A DNA stretch of 63,748 bases, filler included, from Choristocarpus tenellus KU-1152 (lineage: Eukaryota; Protista; Phaeophyceae): assembly GCA_964200185.2 (NCBI GenBank). It is 13 parts of 13 records of this genome, joined end to end, with 100 filler letters (N's around TTAATTAATTAA, not from the genome) between each part and the next. Parts side by side here need not be neighbours in the genome. Positions count along the whole stretch, not along the records: positions 23,843 to 27,933 come from CAXNAD020016270.1; positions 28,034 to 30,769 come from CAXNAD020025192.1; positions 30,870 to 33,978 come from CAXNAD020022272.1; positions 34,079 to 38,438 come from CAXNAD020014927.1; positions 38,539 to 43,618 come from CAXNAD020011940.1; 8 more parts are not named here. One strand, 5' to 3'. Within the stretch, counting starts at the first letter, position 1; each line of letters starts with the position of its first letter. Shown here piece after piece: positions 27,261-39,683 of this stretch. The notes under the pieces are model-generated. The model had not been told where the DNA came from. It did no database searches and saw only the letters and a list, made by a program, of their open reading frames with translations. The translations under genes and the position numbers were made by a program.

Positions 27261-27579
27261 GAGTGAAAGTATGTATCTAAGAGGGTACGAGTTTTGCCCT
27301 GTTTCTCCATTTGGGGCTTGGCTTCCCATGTTTTTTTTAATGACATTTTTCTACTCCAAAATATTTAGGAGTAGGTATAATTATTGATTATGAAAAGGTG
27401 TGTCCGAAACATAGATATTGACACTTCCTAACAAACACGATAGCCAAAATTACATCAAAATCGCAACATTGGATTTTGACCTCCAAATGGACGCAGCTCT
27501 ACCCTCAAAGATACTTTGGCTCTCATTGGATTTTGACCCCCAAATGGACGCGGCTCTACCCTCTAAGATACTTTGGGTC
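27261..27579. mobile_element. MITE family A copy with a duplicated terminus
   Basis: Full copy at 27261-27522, followed by a second ~55-bp copy of the CAAATGGACGCGGCTCTACCCTCTAAGATACTTT end. Confidence 0.88.
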
Positions 27580-28482
27580 ATCTATCTGTCCAAACGAATC
27601 CATTTTTAGAACCAGCCCTTTCATTATTGAAAATAACAATTGTGAACCTTTCTAAGATACCTTCTAAGATACCCAGTTCATCCTTTTGTCGTGAAGAAAT
27701 GTCAAGCTCTGAAAAAAGCGAAGAGCATGACATCCATCTCTTGCCATCATAGTAGGTGACAACCAAAATCATAGGTGAAACCAACCCTGACATAGGATGA
27801 TGGGACTAGAGCAAGAGAGGAAAGGATACTGAGGCAAGCACTGAGAGAAACATAGGGGGGCTGACAAGTACTAGCGTGCCCAGTGCTGGGTGTGGCAGAT
27901 CACCCATACAAGCATTGTATAGAACACAGTAACNNNNNNNNNNNNNNNNNNNNNNNNNNNNNNNNNNNNNNNNNNNNTTAATTAATTAANNNNNNNNNNN
28001 NNNNNNNNNNNNNNNNNNNNNNNNNNNNNNNNNCTCAAAAACATGATAGTCAAAATTACATCAAAGTCGGAACATTGAAATTTGACCCCGAAATGGACGC
28101 GGCTCTACCCTCTAAGATACTTTGGCTCAGCTCAGTATCACCACACCTTTGGTACATAAAGTCATCTGCTGGGGAGTGTTGTGGGGATAGTGTCAACAGT
28201 GATCGGAAAACTCATCATCTCTTACTGTCACCTTTGGTGCAACAACTTGCACCAAGGTACTTGGATGACCAGAAAGTTGGAATTTTAATATTTGTTGCAT
28301 GCGTATTTGTTTGTATGCTGTCAAATGTTGGGAATAATGTGCTCGCTTCTCACAGAGAGGACCAACCCGTGTTTGGGTCTCCGGATAAGAGCTAACTTTC
28401 TTCCCCATGAACTCCGAGTTGTCCGATAGATAAGCTCGAAATACCGCCAGGACTGAGCCATGGTACAGTCTTCAAGAATTTA

Positions 28483-30130
28483 TCAGCGTCGCTTCCGCCA
28501 TCTTGGTAGTGAAAAAGAAATATCTTCCCTATCTATGGAATCTGGTGGCAACTCACCAGGCCGGCAACTCACTAGTATAGGGACATTCATTGCACTTTCC
28601 AGTCCACAAGGAAGGATATCACAAGTATTAGAGGAGGCTTGGTTGTTTCTAGGTGGACATCCGGTTGGCAGTAGTTCAAGTTCTTCGGATGTTTTAGTGG
28701 CAGGTGTCAATCTTTTATTGCAAGTCGCTTGGTCAGTGGCTCTTACGTTAGGGAGGTCCAACGTGTTCTCTTCCCTATACACTGCAATCATTTCTGCATA
28801 TTCAGGTATTTCAACAGGTTTGGGCCATACACCACTGGCTGATGAATATCCTCGAAGTCGAAACCGGTATATATATATATATATAATTGCGAGTGGTCTT
28901 TCGTCCCACACCTTGCTTATAGTCAACAATGCCCTCTACATTATAAGACCCAATAGTTGGCTGTGTCTCTGACCTCTGATCAAGATTTGGTTCAAGCAAT
29001 ACCCAGCCTAAAAAGAGTGAATTAAGAGCATCTATGTCAGGTTCGGTGACTGCTCCTTCCTTAAAGGGTTTAAGTCTAGCCACATGAACCACCATTTCAC
29101 GTCGGTCTTCCAAGCGCTTCACACTCTCTCTTGAGTGAAAAAATAACATGGTGTAGGCCATTTCCTTATTGGGTAATGTTGCATTAATACGGTCTGCCAG
29201 GTATTGAAAATATGCTCCAAACTGATCGTGTTGGGCTTTGGCTAGAACTTCAGCATCAATTACTAGAAAAACATTGATGGGGCTAGCAAAGAGCTCAGAG
29301 TCATCTGCCCCTCTAGCAATTTCACCTAATCGATCCACAGACAATTCATAGGCTGGATATGCCTTACTTGCTTTAGATTTTGCATTAGTGGTTTCTGCTC
29401 CCACATTTCGACAAAGAGGGGTTAAGGGTGATAGTTCAGATTCATTTTTACAACATTTTTCCAGTTGAGGACATGACAACATATCTGGGATGCACTGTAA
29501 TCTTCCAGGCTTATGAAAGTCTGTAAAATCAAAACTTTGCAGAGCTAGAGCCCATCGAGTTAACAGATTGGACGTGTCTTGCGTAGTATGCAGCCACCAT
29601 AAGGCTGAGAGGGAAAGTATCTTAGAGAGTATAAGTCTTGCCCTGTTTGTCCGTTTGGGGCTTGGCTTCCCATGGGTTTTCTATTACATTTTCCTACCCT
29701 GAAATATTTTGGAGTAGGTCGGATGTACACATTACCAAAAGGTGTGTCCAGAATTAGGATATTGACGCTTCCTAACAAACACAATGGCAATAATTACATT
29801 AAAATCGTAACATTGCATTCTTACCCCCAAACAGACACGACTCTACCCTCTAAGATGCTATTACTCTGAATGGTCACTAACAACTGTGAAGTGTTTACTC
29901 CAAATATATCGTCTCCAGTGCTGAATTGCCAGAATAACTGTAAGGCACTATGGTATGCAATGATACCAAAATTGCCATGTTCATTTTTATGTGGCAAAAA
30001 CGTCCCTGTCCCAACATTACTGGTATCTACATGTATGAACGATTCCTTCGAAAAATTAGGAAAGTGTGGAACTGGAGCCATGGTTAGAAGTTGTTGCACT
30101 TTTCAAAAGCAGTTTGCTGTGGTCAAATAA
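28483..30130 (-). mobile_element. Ty3/Gypsy pol relic with chromodomain (RNase H, integrase C-terminus, chromodomain)
   Basis: LTMAPVPHFPNFSKESFIHVDTSNVGTG...IIAYHS (RNase H start); ALQSFDFTDFHKPG..PDMLS (RNase H end); VVHVARLKPF (end of the GPY/F region); YNVEGIVDYK...YRFRLRGYSSASGVW (chromodomain, frameshifted). Confidence 0.85.
29609..29866. mobile_element. MITE family A copy inserted in the Gypsy relic
   Basis: GAGGGAAAGTATCTTAGAG...CTCTAAGATGCTATTACTC, flanked by TGA/TGA. Confidence 0.9.
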
Positions 30131-30242
30131 TAATATATTTGCTTTGAGTCAATTGAGCCTTGGATGACTTTAGTTTGCGTAAGGAGATGCTTTGAAATAC
30201 TGTATACACCAAATGTTGCTATTAGCACACATGAACAAATTT

Positions 30243-30769
30243 TGTACATATCAAGATAATGTGTGTAGAACGGTAGATTAGTGATGGATCAGGACATTGG
30301 AATATAGAGACGTTGAAATATTTTAGGAAATGTTCCTATTGGTAGTTTACCGGAATTGTGTGAAAGCGTGATTAGGGAGACTACGAACTACCCCCCCTTA
30401 TGGATAGGACTCAATCTTCGCTGTAACTCAATAAAGCATATTCTACATCCTTATCTTCTTGGTAAAGCACCACACTCTCTGAGAGCGTCCTAACACATTT
30501 TAACACAAGCTATCTTCCGCACAGTGCACTACAGACCAAAGGGAGTGCGTGTACTGCTTGATTTAAGGAGGCAGCAGAAGGAAGAGTCGGGAACGTCATG
30601 GCTTCAGGGGGTGACTGAGAAATGGCAGCAGAAATCAAGGCAGCTGTTCAAGCGAGGGTCAAGGCACAGCCAGGGGAGCATGTGACCTTGGCCGTAGCTA
30701 AGGCTGTGGAAGATGCGTTGGCCCAGCAAGGAGGGCAGGCTGCGATAGGGCAGCCGGAACAACAGCAAC
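30243..30769 (+). mobile_element. LTR-like sequence and start of a gag-like ORF
   Basis: Starts TG, contains AATAAA and is followed by MAAEIKAAVQARV.... A homologous copy lies at 22700-23290 (minus strand). Cut by the contig end. Confidence 0.65.
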
Positions 30770-32294
30770 NNNNNNNNNNNNNNNNNNNNNNNNNNNNNNN
30801 NNNNNNNNNNNNNTTAATTAATTAANNNNNNNNNNNNNNNNNNNNNNNNNNNNNNNNNNNNNNNNNNNNCCCCCAGATACTTTGGGCCAATCCTGTACGC
30901 AAAGTTGAAGTTCCCCCATTCCACGCACAAAGCGAAACCCCAATTCAGCAAAGCTTTAAGACTCTTTCTGCAATTGTACAAATTTGCATCATTTCGCCAC
31001 TTCTTGGGATCCTTAAAATCAACCCCTGCCTACTTCTCGGTTGGTTTCACTCTTCACCTATTCCCGAACTTTCTGTTGTAGTGTTGGAACGAGGTCCGAT
31101 GCAAACCGTGCGTAGGGTGCGAAAAGGTCTCACATCAATCAGCGTTGGGGTTCAGGAATCTTCGGTGGGCGTTTTAAATTGGTGGGCAGAACCCACTGAG
31201 TATGGTCTCGGCATTGCTGGTGGAAATGAATCCTTCCGCGAAATTTCGGTGCGTACATCCACTGCAAGAGTTGACCAACACAAAGAGTCACTAGAGAGAC
31301 TGGAATATTGCGTATAAGAATGGTGGAGTGAGTGGTAGGGGTATGATCTGGAAGAAACTGACAAAAGTATCACATGTTTAGCTTGTGATGTAGGAGGGCA
31401 CCTAATACTAACGAGTCAGCCCCCCAATACTTAGTAGGCAGCAATCTCCGATTTGTAGTGAAAAGCGCCAGGTCTTGGGGAAACCATCTACTTCGCTTGT
31501 TTCCCTCCTCTGGTGTACACCGGAGTACAGGAACTTCGAAGTATTGGTTGAGCTGCTTCGATTTGTGAACCTCAACCTTACTGTTGAAAGCAGAACCTAC
31601 CTAATTGTGAAACATTTGCAACCTCAGCAGGAGTGCACCTATGGAATGTGCAGTATTGCCTACTCCTCCTCAGAGGGAATCTTCCGTGGCAGGGACATAT
31701 ATTTTGAGCGTACAGCATTAAGGGAAGAATTGAGATGTAATCTACTTCCATACGTGCGTGGCCTTCATCATGGTGCGACGAACTTGAAGATAAGGAAACT
31801 ACAAGAACTGAGAGTTCCTTGTTACACTTTTGCAGGCAATTAATCTTTGACATACGTCTAACCAGTCATATCCAATACATGTGTGCATGTGTGTCAAAGA
31901 AAACGAGAGGTGCCTGGAGTTGAATTCTAAGGATATCGGTTAAAACATACGTTCAAAATTCAGCATTCTAAAAAATGCCTCTAGGAAATTTCCGAGATGT
32001 GTCCGATAGTTCCAAATAATTGAGAAACCAATCCTCTCAAGTCAAACGTAGCATTTCATCCATAGAAATAAAATATGAGTGAACTACAAAACATTGGACT
32101 GGCTTACTATGCAAAACAGCCAAACTGTCAAACTGGGTACCTCTCATGTAGTTCGACTCTGTTGATCATGCCTATTCTTCCACTCATATAGTGCTAAATA
32201 CGCCTAAATACACGCATAACAAGTGATTAGCACATCTTCTGCGAATGGATAAACTGTTTTCCTGTAGATGCCATAGCCGTCCCTTCTTGGTTAC

Positions 32295-32982
32295 CACCTC
32301 TGTCTCAAACTTCTCACCGCTGGAAGTACATGTCTCCAAACCCTGGCAATCCCCTTGGGCTGAACTGCATCCACTTGAAAAATAACCCCATCCACAGCTA
32401 TGTGCAGGAGCCGGCACTCATCATTCTCCTTGTCACCTCTCCCTTCACCCCTTCTCCGAGGAGTTCCTGCGCTGATGTCAATTCCATCTGTCAGCATGAA
32501 CCCCGCAGCGTTCCCCAAGCTCAGGAGAGTGTTGTCGTCCTCTACCTGACCACCATCCCCATCTGTCTCTTCTCCTCCACTTCGATCATGCTGCCCCCCC
32601 CTAGTAGCTTCCTGCGTGCTTCGGAGCGGTTGCACGCCATGGATGCCCCTCCCTTTACTTAGTACCGATTCCCGACTCTCCTCCATCGAGAGGAAAGGTT
32701 CAAGAGACACAGGTCTGTTCAGAGAGTGTTCCCCAGATGTAGGGCGATTGACTACTGTTATCAGGAGGCGGGGGTCACGCTGTTCCCCTTCCACCCTTAG
32801 CCAGGTGAGATGCTCTGCCAACCTAAAGGGGGGGTTCACGAGTTGGAGCCCTTTCCACTCACGAACAGGGTCTCTGTGAACGTCTCGTTCAGAGGAAGCT
32901 GAAGCAGTCTTGACGGAGTTCGGGGATGAAGAAGGCACAATGTTGTCTTTGTGGCCGTAAAAGTGACTCTTGAAACGAACCT
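32295..32982 (-). CDS. Large exon of an unidentified protein
   Basis: About 230 open codons after a pyrimidine-rich acceptor (ctctccttag), ending at a gtaac donor. Coding-like composition but no recognised domain. Confidence 0.5.
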
Positions 32983-33739
32983 AAGGAGAGGGAAGACAGG
33001 TGAGGAGAAGGGCATGATTCAGGCTCATTTGCTTACTGACCAGTGCCATCCCTACATTGACTACTGTTGTATACTAATATATCTTTGAAAAACTGCACTT
33101 GAACATATCCAAGTGCTGCAATAATATGACAGCCAGCATAGTGATGCTGCTTCTTTGCAGTTCCCTATTTGTAGTTTACGCCAGAAGAGATTATAGAGAC
33201 AGGATCCTGAGTCTCACACGATGCCCATTGCACAGTTTAAGGTACCAAGTTGGCTGAAGTTGTAAGAATGATGCGAAGTGATTTAGTATTTACTGGTGTG
33301 CAGGCAATTAGTTGCCGTGGTATTCTGGTAGAAATCAAACATCTGAAAAACACAACAGAAAAACACAACAGACTCCTAAAATATTGATCCTTCCAGCGTA
33401 CCGAAATACTGAACAACAATCTACCGAACTCCACATATGAATATCACAGCGACTCTTCCAAATTCTTATCAATATCTGCAACTCTTATCCTAATCTGCAC
33501 AGTTTTCTGGTAGGAGGAGGCACTACAATTCGAATTAGTCAAAGTGTACTTGCAATGTCACTAACCATCAACATTTGTAATTACAGTCTTCCTACTAATA
33601 ATGCTGAATAGAAAAGCTTTCCGCTCTCTGCTGGACAAACCTCTTGTTTTGTCACCGATTCAAAGTATGTGGTGCCCTGATAGAGAGGTCTCTACGCCAC
33701 CAATACTTCAAGGTTGTTAAGATTGTACGTGCAGCCAGA

Positions 33740-33914
33740 GGGTCAAAGTATCTGGGGGGGTGGCGGCTGTCCATTTGGGGCTAATTTTTTATGTCGCGAT
33801 TTTCGGGTGATTGGTTGCATACGTCGGATGGATAATGAAAGTGCACTTTTCCTGGTTTTCTCCCAAATGGACACCCTGGTGTAGACTCCCCCCCCCCCAC
33901 AGATACTTAGGGTC
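33740..33914. mobile_element. MITE family B, complete copy
   Basis: GGGTCAAAGTATCTGGGGGGG...CCCCCCCACAGATACTTAGGGTC, flanked by AGA/AGA. Confidence 0.9.
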
Positions 33915-34151
33915 AGAACTTATCACACTAAATTTCGGCAGCTAAGAAATGAAAGCATTTGAATGGAAAAGAGACCAANNNNNNNNNNNNNNNNNNNNNN
34001 NNNNNNNNNNNNNNNNNNNNNNTTAATTAATTAANNNNNNNNNNNNNNNNNNNNNNNNNNNNNNNNNNNNNNNNNNNNCCCCCCCCCGCCCCGCCTCCCC
34101 CCCCTCCACCCCCGCTCAAAAAAAGCCGCCCTCCCCGGACGGAGGATCCAG

Positions 34152-34184
<33 letters not shown>

Positions 34185-34510
34185 TGTCTTAGATGAACCC
34201 TTTCTACCTGGTCAGGGCTGTATCTGGGGATTGAATGTTTTATTCACAGGCATCGACCATGGGTGGGGGGAGGGGGTGGATAGGGTGTCCAGTAACATAT
34301 AGTAATGTGCATGAATGCCTGCTGGGTCCTTCCTGGTCTGCAATTGCCACCAGTATTGGATGCCATGTTTTTTTCACTACTTTGTTGATTACTTACGTAC
34401 TTACTTACATCCGCATGTAATACACATACATATGTCTTTTTCAAGGCTTCTAAGTGCAATAATGTATGCTGTAGCATATGATTATGAGAACAATTGAAGT
34501 GATAATAATA

Positions 34511-34575
34511 TGGATAGTACTGTATTGGAAAGTACTGTATTGGATAGTACTGTATTGGATAGTACTGTATTGGAT
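34511..34575. repeat. 15-bp minisatellite
   Basis: (TGGATAGTACTGTAT) x about 4. Confidence 0.9.
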
Positions 34576-34888
34576 CGCAGTACAATTATATGCCCGTCTG
34601 TTGTGATTGGTCCACTGGTGTCACCTCTTGCCTGTCAAATCATTCTCATTGGTCTGCGGTAAGGTTATCATCTCTTCGGTGCCCGATCATTTTCAATAGG
34701 GGTTCAACAGGACTCAACCCAAACTCCGTTCGAGATTCTCCTCAACAGGCGTGTTGGTTGTGTCAGCCATATATATGGCGCAATTCAACACTAGGACCAT
34801 AAAAATATTTGTTTTTTGTTTCATTTTTACATGTAACTGTCATTTGTTGATGTTGATGTTGATGTTGTTACTACTACTGTCCAGTGCA

Positions 34889-34936
<48 letters not shown>

Positions 34937-35496
34937 CTGTATGGCGAGATGTCTCCTTCGTTCTCCAGCCTCTGTTCTTTCCAGTAACCCTCTACCCCTG
35001 AACATCTGGAATAATAATAATAATAACAACAACAAAAATATTAATAATAATAGCAATAGCAATAGCATTAACAACGGTATAATAACAATATTAATAACAG
35101 TAATAATAATAACAAAAATAATAATATTAAGAACATCGATAATAACAGTGATAATAATAACAATAATAACCACAACAATGAGAACAAGGTTGTTTGTTTT
35201 TTGCCCATTTTCAATTTCTCAGGGGTGGGTATTGAGTTTGTTAGTGGTAAATGTCTGTTGCATGACAGTGTCGCCCTCTCATATCGCATCCACACTTCAC
35301 TTACACCTTAGGGTTATTGACAAGAAAAGTTAGTTGCGAAGGCTTACTGTTTATCCACACAAATGGGACATTGATGCCTTTTTTTAATAGGTCAATCACC
35401 CAATTATATGATATTGCTGCTTGTCATTACAGTGATGACTCATGCAACCCCCCCCCCCCCCTTCCCCCTCCCGAACCCTACTCCATTCCATCCTTG

Positions 35497-35529
<33 letters not shown>

Positions 35530-35565
35530 TCACCTGCACATCATGATCCGTTTGCCAATATTTAG

Positions 35566-36319
35566 CATGATGTCATTGATCGACTCACTGGGGCAGCTTT
35601 TCGTACAGAAGATTGCGAATCCTCTGATGACTTGCTCCATGGGCAAGGGATGACAATGGCTGGGGGGAGGGGGGGGGGGAGGGGAGACAATGGACAGGAC
35701 CGAGAGGCGTTTTACCCACTTTTATCGTTGCAGTTTGGGACAGTGAACAGCAGAGGCAACGTGAACAAGGTGTGTTGATTGGACCATCTAGAACGCCGGC
35801 ACAAAAAGAAACAGAACATTCATGTGTATGTATGTATGTGTGTGTGTGTGTATGTATGTGTGTATGTATGTATGTATGTGTGTGTCTGACAAAAAGCGGA
35901 GATAGACAAAATGTAACAAGTATACAACAACAACAGCAACAACAAAAATACAAAGAGAAAAAGAAAAAGAAAAGATCGGTACGCAAAAAACGCGATACAG
36001 TATGTAAAAATAAATAAAAGGAGAAGAAGAATTGCAAAAAAAATAAAAAAAATGATTCGATGTGGTAGAAAAGAGATAGGCCCGGCAGCGGCTGGGTCCC
36101 GCGAAAAACGCCCAAGTAGGTACAAAGTCCAGCATCAAGGCCCGCGAACAGTCCAGCTGGGGGGGGTGTTTAACTGCTGAAACTGTGTGTGTATGCCTGT
36201 CTGTCTGTCTCCATTTTATGTGACAAATTGGCATCTACTGTTGATCTCGTTCTTCATTTTCTCGCAGTGCCCCCCCCCCTCCTCCCCCCATCACCAGGAT
36301 TATGAACATTTTTTATTTT

Positions 36320-36350
<31 letters not shown>

Positions 36351-36933
36351 AGGCAAGGTCGCAAGAGGCCCGGCGACTGTCTCTATCATCAGAAGGCCGC
36401 AAAGCAAGCAGACGCAGCTTTCACTCATTCTTACACAGACAACAACAGCAGGAGTCGCGCAGACAGAAGAAGATAGAGGAGCTGCAGGTGTTGTGGATGA
36501 CAAGGGTTAGGGGGGTTGATTGGGACACGCAATGATGATCGTCGATTGTGACAACTGTTATAGGCTTGTGCCGTATCCCTAGAACATCTACAGCTGTTAT
36601 TGTTATTGTTTTTATTCCACCCCTGTCCTGCAACCTCCTCCAACCCTCCCCCCCCCACCTCAACCTCATTCTGTCAAATTTATACTTTGTTGGAACTACG
36701 AATATTTTCATCACTAACACTGACTCTGTTATTGTTATTGTTATTGTTACTATTATTTTATTTTTTTGTGTGTGTATATATATATGATCTGGCAGGAAAA
36801 GTCAGACTACAGTTTCAAGCCAATGGTCTGTAAGGAAAGTACGAAGATGCACTTGAGTAGCAACAAGGGAGACTTCTTACAACGTGTTGCAAGAGATGCT
36901 GCCCGAAAGGAACATGAGGCTGTACGGCAACAA
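35566..36933 (+). CDS. Internal exons of an unidentified gene in microsatellite-rich introns
   Basis: Three AG-bounded open segments: HDVIDRLTGAAFRTEDCESSDDLLH, GKVARGPATVSIIRR...DDK and EKSDYSFKPMVCKESTKM...FLQRVARDAARKEHEAVRQQ|gtgagt. Confidence 0.45.
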
Positions 36934-37507
36934 GTGAGTGGTGAACCCTCCATCCCTTGCCACCTTGCCAGTGTTTAACGCTCTGGGTATACCCCCCAAC
37001 ATGCAATTTGTGGAACTCCCTTGCACCCCCCCACCAGTTTGCCACACCTTTCGGCGAATGCCAACATGTGCGTGTGGAACTCCTTTGCCACCACACCGAT
37101 TCGTCAAGTCTCTGCTTGTATGCCAACAGATGGTGGTTGAACTCCATTGTGACACCATAGTAGTTTGTCGCTGTTTTTGGGGTGGGCTGCTCTCCTTCCC
37201 ACACTCACCTCGCTCCAGCGCTTGGTTGCGTGGAGTTCGTGACGTTATAAGGTACTGCCGTAATGAGGGACTCTTGAACCTCGCACAACACCAAGAACAC
37301 TTGTAAAAAAAAAAAAAAAAAAACGAAGTATGTACTCAGTATTATAAATGATTGTAAATATTTGTTTGCAGCGACGCAATTCACACCGGAGAGGAAAAAA
37401 AAAAAATAGATAAGGGGATGGGAAGGTCCAATGGATGAGGCTCGTTCAGCATTTGGGTGTGTCATTGATTGGCACTGTACTGTTGTTCTACGGAGGTGTG
37501 GTGTAGA

Positions 37508-37715
37508 GTTAATGGTAATAAGTGTATTGATGTGGTTAGGGTTAGGGTTAGTGCTGTTATAGGATGTATTGGTGTGGTTAGGGTTAGGGTTAGGGTTAAT
37601 GCTAATAAGTGTATTGATGCGGTTAGGGTTAGGGTTAATACTACTAAATGTATTGTTGATGTGGTTAGGGTTAGAGTTAGGGTTAGGGTTGATGCTATTA
37701 AATGTATTGATGTGG
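37508..37715 (+). repeat. Telomere-repeat-containing minisatellite
   Basis: Four blocks of (TTAGGG)2-4 alternate with a semi-conserved TTAATGCTAATAAGTGTATTGATGTGG spacer. Confidence 0.9.
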
Positions 37716-37951
37716 AAGGCCTGTGTGTGTGAGAGAGGGGAGGTGATGAGAAACCACCAGAGAGAGGTGACACAAGAAAGAAGGGAGAGAGCTGAGGGTA
37801 AGAAGATGCTTCAGTCGCAACCCGTTGCCCTCGAACAGAACAATTTTGGTAGAGCAGAATAGAACAGAACAAAAAACTCCTTGGACATCTAGGTACGACT
37901 TCACAGGTCCGGCGGTGATCAGTCGGGGCAGAAAGAGTCCTTTTCTCTGAA

Positions 37952-38070
37952 CCACTTCTCTCCTGGAACTGTTTTGTGTGCATCCAGAGCCAGATCTCTT
38001 CTCTCCTGGAACTGTTTTGTGTGCATCCAGAGCCAGATCACTTCTCTCCTGGAACTGTTTTGTGTGCATC
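37952..38070. repeat. 43-bp tandem repeat
   Basis: CTTCTCTCCTGGAACTGTTTTGTGTGCATCCAGAGCCAGAT at 37955, 37998 and 38041. Confidence 0.9.
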
Positions 38071-38073
38071 GAG

Positions 38074-38258
38074 AAGTGTTAATATCCTTTGTTCTGGACA
38101 CATGCCTCTTCACAACGTATACATTTTTTACTACTCTGAAATATTGCGGAGTAGGCAAATAAATAGATATATTAAAAAAATTAAAAAAAACGTGGGAAGT
38201 CAAAAGCCCCAAACGGACAAACAGGGCAAAACTCGTAACCTCTAAGATACTTCCACTC
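38074..38258. mobile_element. MITE family A, truncated copy
   Basis: Retains the internal hairpin and the CCCCAAACGGACAAACAGGGCAAAACTCG...TAAGATACTT end. Confidence 0.85.
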
Positions 38259-39683
38259 AGAATCTACTTGCTATTCTGTTCTCCTCCCTCAAATCTTGAG
38301 CTGGATACTGCTCAGCGTTGATCTGGAATGAAACCTTCCAATTTCGTTTGAATCTCTGACAGTTTTTTTTTCTTTTTTTTTTCTTTTTTTTTTGGGGGGG
38401 GGGGGGAAATGGAAAAAAGGGGGGGGATGGGGAGAGCANNNNNNNNNNNNNNNNNNNNNNNNNNNNNNNNNNNNNNNNNNNNTTAATTAATTAANNNNNN
38501 NNNNNNNNNNNNNNNNNNNNNNNNNNNNNNNNNNNNNNTTTTTTCGCGGCGCCCCCCCACCCCACCCATCCCCCCCCCACCCCCCCCCCCCCTTTTTTGT
38601 TGTTCCCCCCCCCCCCCCCCCCCCCCCCCCCCCAGATACTTTGGGTCAAGTACATTCTCAAAGTATGATGAAATTAAAAAAATATCCCAGGGTAAATATA
38701 AAGGGGTAAGGATAAACAGGTATTAGGATCATGCCAAATAAGTTTTTCTGACCAATGAGAGGCCTCCTTTCCACTCGATCTTTCTAATTTCACGATAACA
38801 TGAAATACATGCTTTAATCTAAAATATCCTAATACTACTAGTACGAAATTACGAAATAGGACCCATTATTAAGACCTAGCCTTGCAGTCCGATCAAATAT
38901 CAATGATGCACATGAGGTGCTTACTTCTTTGAACAAAACATTGATCCATTGGACTTAGGCTTTTGAAGGTGCAGTTGGAGGTTGGAGAGGATCTATTTGA
39001 GAAATTATAAGAGTATAACTTCATCTTTGGGTACAGGGGGATGACATATAATGTAACAATGATTGTTTATTGGAGGGTTCGGAGGCCCTATTGTGTTCGA
39101 ATAAGATGCCCTCACAGCATAGAAACCATCAATGAAAGGTTCTTCAGCAAGTACGGACAGAACCAAAGTATGCTAGATGGGGGTGCCATTGATGATAAGG
39201 GCCTCTCTGTGATCGCCTCGTGAATTTTAAGTTATATGTGGGATCGTACATTCATGAAAGACCATTTCATTGATCTGGATACACCTTCTACATCCACATA
39301 CTCCTTGTGGACTTGCCTCCATTCGGGTCATGGAAATGGGATGTCAGGCACAAAGTTTTTTTTAGCCCCACTGTGATCAACATGGTCGAAACCCACCCCC
39401 CTCAAGGACGACTTGGTTCACACATGTGTGTGAGCAACAAAATCTCTATAGACTATCTCAAAATTTGGTTTCAAATTGTGTAGATGTTGTCCTCACTGAA
39501 ATGCACACCTTGTCAATCCGAAGATGAACTATTCTGCAGAACCGACACATTGTACTTCACAGAACACGATTTTCCAACCTTTCAGGTATTATTCATTGAA
39601 GAGACGTTTCATTTCCCACATACCTCCCCTCCCCCCTATAATTCACTCCTGTACTTGAAGGTAGTCTTCCATTTCAATGATTT

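Noticed and set aside
27418-28395. Recurrent peptide MDAALPSKIL as a protein repeat family
   Set aside because: It is the translated terminus of the non-coding MITE family A.
34751-36300. Poly-N, poly-CV, poly-Q and poly-L ORFs
   Set aside because: They derive from (GT)n, (AAT)n, (CAA)n and similar intronic microsatellites.
37508-37715. CRISPR-like repeat-spacer array or a true telomere
   Set aside because: The spacers are near-copies of one another, and the tract is short with non-telomeric sequence on both sides.
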